A stretch of 64,000 bases of DNA from an uncultured Candidatus Binatia bacterium (GTDB lineage: Bacteria > Desulfobacterota > Binatia > HRBIN30), in NCBI GenBank assembly GCA_964524885.1, contig CAZGEJ010000016.1:28629-92628 (forward strand), read 5' to 3'. Below, one piece after another: positions 58,210 through 64,000 of the stretch. Each line of letters starts with the position of its first letter. Position 1 is the stretch's first letter. Position numbers and translations under genes: made by a program. The notes below the pieces were generated by a model that was given only the letters and a program-made list of their open reading frames with translations, was not told the origin of the DNA and made no database searches.

Positions 58210-59625
58210 TCACTTGGTCTCAAAATAAATGTTCTTCATCTCGGTGTAGTGCTCCATCGCGTGCATGCCGAGTTCACGCCCGAGGCCGGACTGCTTGTAG
58301 CCGCCAAAAGGGGCCTGCAGGTGCACGCTCGACGAGGAGTTGACCGAGAGATTGCCGGTGCGGATGGCGCGTGCCACGCGTAGCCCGCGCTTCAGATCAT
58401 TCGTCCACAACGAACCGGACAGGCCGTAGATCGTGTCGTTGGCGAGGGCGATGGCCTCGGCCTCGGTATCGAACGGCAGCACCACGACCACCGGCCCGAA
58501 GATTTCCTCGTCGACGATGCGCAGCTGCGACGCTTCGCTACGAAACACCGCCGGCCGCAGAAAATACCCTGGCCGATCCAGGTTCTCGCCGCCGGTGCAC
58601 AAGGTCGCCCCCTCGGCCTTGCCGATCGCGATGTAGTCTTGCACCGTTTTCTTCTGACCCGCCGAGATCAGTGGACCCATGCCGGTCGCCTCGTCCGCCG
58701 GCTCGCCGACGACGATCGCCTGGGTCTTCGCCACCAGCGCCTCGATGTAGGGTTCGAAGATCGTGCGTTCGACGAGGATGCGCGAGCGGGCACAGCAGTC
58801 CTGGCCGGCGTTGTCGAAGGCCGAGGCGATGGCGCCGTTGGCCACCTCGTCGAGGTCGACGTCGGCGAAGATGACGTTGGCCGACTTGCCGCCGAGTTCG
58901 AGACCGACGCGTTTGATGGTCTTGGCCGCGGCCGCCATGATCGAGCGGCCGGTGCCGGTCTCGCCGGTGAAGCCGATCTTGGCGATGTCCGGGTGCTCGG
59001 CCAACGCCGCGCCGATCTTGGCGCCCGGCCCTGGAATGACGTTCAGCACCCCCGGCGGCACCCCCGCCTCGAGAGCCAATTCGCCCAGACGCAGAGCGGT
59101 CAGCGGCGTCAGGCTGGCCGGCTTGAGCACCACCGTGTTGCCGCAGGCGAGAGCCGGCGCGACCTTCCAGGTGGCGATGACCATGGGGAAGTTCCACGGC
59201 ACGATCAGGCCGACGACGCCCAGCGGATCGTGCAGGGTGACGTTGAGCCCAGGTTTGTTGACCGACACGGTGTCGCCGAAAAACTTGTCGGCCGCGCCGG
59301 CGTAGTAGCGCAGGGTGTCGGCCACGTGTGCCGCCTCCCAGCGAGCACCGCCGATGGGCTTGCCGGCATTGCGCATCTCGAGCCGCGCCAACTCTTCGCC
59401 GTGCGCCCGCACCAGGTCGGCGAAGCGGAAAAGGATCTCGGCTCGACCCACGGCCCCTAGCGCCGCCCAGCCGGGAAAGGCGGCCTTGGCCGCGGCGATG
59501 GCGGCTTCGACATCCTCCGGCCCGGCCGCGGCGACACGGTCGAACACCTCGCCACGCGCCGGGTCGATGACTTCGATGACACCCTGGCCTGACGGCCGGC
59601 GATCTCCGATCAACAAATTGTGCAT
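58210..59625 (-). CDS. NAD-dependent aldehyde dehydrogenase (PuuC/AldC-like)
   Basis: PWNFP, FTGETGTG, LELGGKS, catalytic GQDCC and EEIFGPV. Confidence 0.93.
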   Translation of the reverse strand: MHNLLIGDRRPSGQGVIEVIDPARGEVFDRVAAAGPEDVEAAIAAAKAAFPGWAALGAVGRAEILFRFADLVRAHGEELARLEMRNAGKPIGGARWEAAHVADTLRYYAGAADKFFGDTVSVNKPGLNVTLHDPLGVVGLIVPWNFPMVIATWKVAPALACGNTVVLKPASLTPLTALRLGELALEAGVPPGVLNVIPGPGAKIGAALAEHPDIAKIGFTGETGTGRSIMAAAAKTIKRVGLELGGKSANVIFADVDLDEVANGAIASAFDNAGQDCCARSRILVERTIFEPYIEALVAKTQAIVVGEPADEATGMGPLISAGQKKTVQDYIAIGKAEGATLCTGGENLDRPGYFLRPAVFRSEASQLRIVDEEIFGPVVVVLPFDTEAEAIALANDTIYGLSGSLWTNDLKRGLRVARAIRTGNLSVNSSSSVHLQAPFGGYKQSGLGRELGMHAMEHYTEMKNIYFETK

Positions 59626-59728
59626 GGGTCCTATTTCTCTCCCTGGAATTCCGCTCGGCCGCGATGCGCAGCCACCCGTCGCGGCACGTCGGCGACGAGG
59701 CCGACGTGCCGCGGCGCTGGCGAGGCCG

Positions 59729-60508
59729 TCAATCGAGCGGCGTGACGTAGGCGCCGCTGAGTCCGCCGTCGACGAGGAACGTCGTGCCGTTGACGTACGA
59801 CGAATCGTCGGAGGCGAGGAACACCGCGGCCTTGGCGATCTCCTCGGCTTCAGCCAAGCGACCCATCGGCAAATGCACGAAGCGGCGGGCGCGCGCCGCC
59901 GGTTCGGCCAACAGGGTCTGCAGCATCGGCGTGTTCACCGGCCCCGGGCACAGGGCATTGGCGCGAATGCCGCGGCGGGCGAACTCGACCGCGATCTCGC
60001 GCGTCAACGCCAGTACCGCGCCCTTCGAGGCGGTGTAGGCGCTTTGCGACGTGGCCGCGCCCATCACGGCGACGAACGAGGCGGTGTTGATGATGCTGCC
60101 GCCGCCGGCGCGCAGCAGCGCCGGGATGCCGTACTTGCAACCGAAGGCGACGCCCTTGACGTTGACCGCCATGACGCGGTCGAACGTCTCCTCCGACGTC
60201 TCCAGCACCGAACCGTCTTCGTCCGGCATGATGCCGGCGTTGTTGAACAGCACGTGCAACGCGCCGAAATGCTTCTCCGCCGCGGCGATGGTGGCCTCGA
60301 CCTCGGCGGCGCGGGCGACGTCGGTGCGCACGAAGATGGCCTCGCCGCCGAGACGCTGGATCTCGTCGACGACGTGCTTGCCGCCATCCTCCATCGCGTC
60401 GCTGACGACGACCTTGGCCCCCTCGGCCGCGAAGGCCAACGCCGAGTGGCGTCCGATGCCGCGACCGCCACCCGTGATCAGTGCTACCTTACCTTCTAGC
60501 TTTCCCAT
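59729..60508 (-). CDS. Short-chain dehydrogenase/reductase
   Basis: TGGGRGIG, NNAG and YTASK motifs. Confidence 0.93.
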   Translation of the reverse strand: MGKLEGKVALITGGGRGIGRHSALAFAAEGAKVVVSDAMEDGGKHVVDEIQRLGGEAIFVRTDVARAAEVEATIAAAEKHFGALHVLFNNAGIMPDEDGSVLETSEETFDRVMAVNVKGVAFGCKYGIPALLRAGGGSIINTASFVAVMGAATSQSAYTASKGAVLALTREIAVEFARRGIRANALCPGPVNTPMLQTLLAEPAARARRFVHLPMGRLAEAEEIAKAAVFLASDDSSYVNGTTFLVDGGLSGAYVTPLD

Positions 60509-60546
60509 ACGGACTCCTCGGCGCACCTGCGGTGCGCATGGACGAT

Positions 60547-61293
60547 TTAGACTGTTGAACGTTGGCTGGACGCGAGCCCCGCGGCGCTGGACCGTTCGAC
60601 GGCGGCGACGAAAGCCGCAAACAGGCGATCGCTCGCCGGTTCGCCTTGCTGCATTTCGGGATGCCATTGCACGCCGAAGCACCACGGGTGATGCACGTGC
60701 TGCACCGCCTCGACGACACCGTCGGCCGCCCAGGCGACGGCTTCCAGTTCATTCCCGAGCCGATCGATCGCTTGATGATGCCACGACGCGACATCGACCT
60801 CGTCGCCGCCGAGGATCTCGGTCAAACGAGCCCCAGGCGTAAGGCTTACGGGATGGCGTGTCGGCAGGCGCGGCGGCAGCCGATGCGCCACGTCGTCGCC
60901 GTATTGATCCGGCAGGTGCACGTGGAGGCTGCCGCCGAGCACGACGTTGAGCACCTGCACGCCGCGACAGATGCAGAGGATCGGCAGGTTGCCGCGCCGC
61001 AAGGCGGCCCGCAGCAACTCCATTTCGAAGCGGTCGCGCTCGGCGCACACCATGTACACGGTCTCGTGCGGATCACCGCCGTACAGAGCCGGGTCGACGT
61101 CGCCGCCGCCGGCGAGCACCAGGCCGCCGACGAGATCGAGCAACGGCTCCACCTCGGCCTCCCCCGGCGGGAAGACGAGCGGCACGCCGCCGGCGGCGCG
61201 AATGGCGTCGACGTAGGTGCACGGCATGGCGAAGATCCTCGGCTCGCCGTCGCGATGGTACGACGAGATGCCGATGACGGGACGTTTCGGCAT
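60547..61293 (-). CDS. Gamma-glutamyl-gamma-aminobutyrate hydrolase family (peptidase C26, PuuD-like)
   Basis: LAGGGDVDP, ICRGVQ nucleophile and GVQWHPE. Confidence 0.9.
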   Translation of the reverse strand: MPKRPVIGISSYHRDGEPRIFAMPCTYVDAIRAAGGVPLVFPPGEAEVEPLLDLVGGLVLAGGGDVDPALYGGDPHETVYMVCAERDRFEMELLRAALRRGNLPILCICRGVQVLNVVLGGSLHVHLPDQYGDDVAHRLPPRLPTRHPVSLTPGARLTEILGGDEVDVASWHHQAIDRLGNELEAVAWAADGVVEAVQHVHHPWCFGVQWHPEMQQGEPASDRLFAAFVAAVERSSAAGLASSQRSTV

Positions 61294-62690
61294 CAGACGC
61301 GCTCGAGGTAGCGCCGCCGCTCCCAGCTGGTGACGACTTCGTCGAACTTGCGCTGCTCCGTGCGGGCGAAATGCAGCAAGTGTTCGACGACGTCCTCGCC
61401 GAAGGCCCGGCGGAACAAATCCGACGCCTCGAAGGCGACGATGGCATCGCGCAAGGTGGCGGGCACGCGCGGCAAGTCGCGCGCGGCGTAGACGTCGCCC
61501 GAGAACAACGGCGGCGGCTCGATGCGGTTCTCGATACCGTCGAGACCGGCGGCCAACAGGGCGGCGAAGGCGAGATAGGGGTTGGCGTCGGCGCCGGGGA
61601 TGCGGCACTCGACGCGCAGGCCGGAGCCGCTGCCGACGACGCGAAAGCCGGCGGTGCGGTTGTCGTACGACCAGGCGACGCTGGTCGGCGCGAACGAGCC
61701 GGCGACGAAGCGCTTGTAGGAGTTGACGGTGGGCGCGAAGAGCAGCGTCGAGGCGCAAGCGTGGTGCATCTGACCGCCGAGCCACCAACGAAAGAGATCG
61801 GGATGCTTGCTCAAGTCACCATCGAGCGGTGCCGGCCCCGAAAACACCGGCTTGTCGTCGGCCAGCGACCATAGGCTCGAATGGACGTGCATCGAGCTGC
61901 CGGCGTAGCGCTCGTCGAACTTGGCCATGAAGGTGACGGCCAGCCCTTGCTGCAGCGCGATCTCCTTCGCCGCTTGTTTGTAGATGCTGTGGCGGTCGGC
62001 CATCTCCAGCATCTCGGCGTAGCGCACGTTCAGCTCGGTCTGGCCGGGACCCCACTCGCCCTTGGAGAACTCGACCGGCACGCCCGAGTTGTCGAGGTGG
62101 CGCCGCAGCGCGCCGACGAGGGGCTCCGACTTGTAGCCTTGCAAGGTGTGGTAGTCCTCGATGTACCAGCCGAAGGTGTCGAGGTTCTCGAAGCTCTTGG
62201 CGTGGGCCGACTCGTAGGTTTCGCGCAAGATGAAGAACTCGAGTTCGGAAGCTGCCTTGCAGCGCAGGCCCATGGCCGCGGCGCGTTCGATCTGGCGTTT
62301 GAGGATGGTGCGCGGCGCCACGTCGACCGGCGCGTCGGTCTCGGCATTGCGCACGTCGCACATCACCAGCGCCGTCTTGTCGAGCCAAGTGGCGCGCCGC
62401 AGCGTCGCCAGGTCGACCGTGCAGTGCACGTCACCGTAACCGTCGGACCACGAGGCGAAGCGGTAGCCCGGTACCGGGTCCATCTCCATGTCGCAGGCCA
62501 GCAGATAGTCGCAGGCGTGCCAGCCGTGGCCGAGAATGTCATGGAGGAAATAGTCCGCGGTGATGCGTTTCCCCATCAGGCGGCCGTAGAGGTCGGGGAA
62601 GACGGTGAGGACGGTCTCGATCTCGCCGCGTGCCGCCAGTTCGCGCAGCTCGTCGACGCTCAACATGCCTTTTACCGCGGGGGCCTTCAT
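61293..62690 (-). CDS. Glutamine-synthetase-like gamma-glutamyl-amine ligase (GlnA4/PuuA-like)
   Basis: DLYGRLMGKR, ELEF, GEWGPGQTE, GSSMHVHSS, DNRT and ECRIPGADANPY. Confidence 0.9.
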   Translation of the reverse strand: MKAPAVKGMLSVDELRELAARGEIETVLTVFPDLYGRLMGKRITADYFLHDILGHGWHACDYLLACDMEMDPVPGYRFASWSDGYGDVHCTVDLATLRRATWLDKTALVMCDVRNAETDAPVDVAPRTILKRQIERAAAMGLRCKAASELEFFILRETYESAHAKSFENLDTFGWYIEDYHTLQGYKSEPLVGALRRHLDNSGVPVEFSKGEWGPGQTELNVRYAEMLEMADRHSIYKQAAKEIALQQGLAVTFMAKFDERYAGSSMHVHSSLWSLADDKPVFSGPAPLDGDLSKHPDLFRWWLGGQMHHACASTLLFAPTVNSYKRFVAGSFAPTSVAWSYDNRTAGFRVVGSGSGLRVECRIPGADANPYLAFAALLAAGLDGIENRIEPPPLFSGDVYAARDLPRVPATLRDAIVAFEASDLFRRAFGEDVVEHLLHFARTEQRKFDEVVTSWERRRYLERV

Positions 62691-62746
62691 GGCGCGCCTT
62701 CCTAGCACCAACCCGGGAAACAGCGAAGTCGGAATCGGCGCGGACG

Positions 62747-62772
62747 GGAACTTTCGGCTGGCGGCGGCGGTT
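62747..62772 (+). promoter_or_regulatory. ECF-type promoter GGAAC-N18-GTT upstream of the sigma gene
   Basis: Matches the SigH/SigR-class consensus GGAAY-N18-GTT. Confidence 0.55.
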
Positions 62773-62808
62773 CTTGGACCGTGAGAGACCTAGTGCTAAT
62801 GCGCCGAC

Positions 62809-63360
62809 GTGAACCAAACTGGGGGACCCTCTGTGAAGGCCGACTTCGAGTCGACCGCCCTTCCCCACTTGGACCAGCTCTACAGCACGGCCTCGTACCT
62901 GACGCGCGACCCGGAGCGGGCGGCGGACTTGGTGCAGGACACGCTGGTGCGGGCGATCCGCTTTTGGCACCGCTTCGAGCCCGGGACCAATTGCCGGGCT
63001 TGGCTCTTGACCATTCTCTACAACAGCTTTCGCAACCAGTACCGTTCCGACAAGAGCAGCGGCACCGCGATCGAATACGACGACGGCGTCGCCGGTACGC
63101 CGGGAACGGCGACCGACGATCCGGCCGACTTGGTGGCGGCAGCCGGACTCGACGACGAACTGGAGGCGGCGTTGGCGTCGCTGAGCGACGAGTTCCGCGA
63201 GGTCGTCGTGTTGGTGGACCTGCAGGAGTTGACCTACGAGGAGGCAGCGAGCGTGCTCGGACGCCCGATCGGCACGGTGCGTTCGCGACTGGCCCGCGCG
63301 CGGCAGCAGCTTCATACACGACTGGCCGAGTACGGGCGGCAACGCGGCTGGGTGAGGTAG
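62809..63360 (+). CDS. ECF RNA polymerase sigma factor
   Basis: AADLVQDT, RAWLLTIL.N, LTYEEAA and PIGTVRSRLARAR. Confidence 0.93.
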   Translation: MNQTGGPSVKADFESTALPHLDQLYSTASYLTRDPERAADLVQDTLVRAIRFWHRFEPGTNCRAWLLTILYNSFRNQYRSDKSSGTAIEYDDGVAGTPGTATDDPADLVAAAGLDDELEAALASLSDEFREVVVLVDLQELTYEEAASVLGRPIGTVRSRLARARQQLHTRLAEYGRQRGWVR

Positions 63361-63366
63361 CTCGAG

Positions 63367-64000
63367 ATGAACTGCGACGACTATCGTGATTGGGTCGCGG
63401 CCGACATCGACGGCCGACTCGACGCTCCCACGGCGCAGGCGTCACGCGCGCACGTCGAGACCTGTACCCACTGTGCCGCGTTGCGCGCGGCGCAAGCGGC
63501 GATGAGGGATCGCCTGCGCCGACACGAGGGCGCGACGATGCCGCCCGAGCTGCGCCGTCGCGTCCTCGCGGCCGTGCAACGGGAACTCACCGCCCCAGTC
63601 GACCCACCGGCGACCGGCGGCAGGGTGGTGCGGTTGCTGACCCGCCGGCGGCTGCTCATGGTCGGCGCCGTCGCCGCATCGTTCCTCGTCATGATGCTAC
63701 CGGTGGGTCGCTGGTCACAACCCGACCTGCTCGGCCTCTTGATCCAGGACGCCCGGGCAGCGGAGCATGAAGGGTTCGCATACGACCTGCGCAGCAACGA
63801 CATCGCGGCACTGCGGGATCATTATGCGCAAGCGGGAGTCGGCTTCACCGCCACCGCACCCGACTTGGCGAAGCGCGGCTACCGTCCGATCGGCGGCCGC
63901 GTCGAACGCGACGGCGAGGTGGCAGCGACCGTGACGGTGTACCACAGCGCCGGCGGCGGCGTCGTCGTCTGTCGCCGCTATGCGTACGAGCGGGTCGAGG
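63367..64000 (+). CDS. Zinc-finger (ZAS) transmembrane anti-sigma factor (3' truncated)
   Basis: MNCDD...HVETCTHC (HxxxCxxC) and a TM segment; frame stays open to the window end. Confidence 0.85.
   Translation, partial: MNCDDYRDWVAADIDGRLDAPTAQASRAHVETCTHCAALRAAQAAMRDRLRRHEGATMPPELRRRVLAAVQRELTAPVDPPATGGRVVRLLTRRRLLMVGAVAASFLVMMLPVGRWSQPDLLGLLIQDARAAEHEGFAYDLRSNDIAALRDHYAQAGVGFTATAPDLAKRGYRPIGGRVERDGEVAATVTVYHSAGGGVVVCRRYAYERVE

Overview
GC-rich bacterial window with five main blocks. (1) 1-12.1 kb: lipid and envelope genes (partial PI-PLC, two lipoproteins, a DUF1566/Lcl protein, a CREST-type ceramidase-like protein followed by a sphingosine-1-phosphate-lyase-like PLP enzyme and an AsmA/YhdP-like protein, DUF3943, pyruvyl transferase, GT2). 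(2) 12217-24435: a ~12.2 kb element integrated in tRNA-Leu(TAA). It has a 91-bp att duplication, paired arm-type repeats, a frameshifted phage-type replication initiator containing a palindromic iteron cluster, FitAB/VapBC with its operator, and a Type I R-M system with a DUF4268 nuclease-like insert. Its tyrosine integrase ORF reads through att and across the whole tRNA antisense, so excision would swap the integrase C-terminus (...TTPA to ...PKSD). (3) 24.5-33 kb: metabolic and secreted genes (Fe-ADH, HZS-alpha-like heme protein, GDPD, DUF1232, a small sigma54-preceded ORF, sterol desaturase family). (4) 32.4-55.6 kb: a Tad/Flp pilus locus with two complete motor sets (cpaB-cpaF-tadB-tadC twice) but only one pilin, peptidase and secretin, followed by a translationally coupled 2352-aa lipoprotein of 11 Ig/Ca-loop modules and a DUF192-ICMT fusion. 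(5) 56-64 kb: methyltransferase, CBS protein, receiver protein, a GlnA4/Puu-type gamma-glutamylation operon and an ECF sigma/ZAS anti-sigma pair. A heptamer-built inverted-repeat element occurs twice (4.4 kb and 58.1 kb). All family assignments come from motif recognition by eye; no database searches were run.
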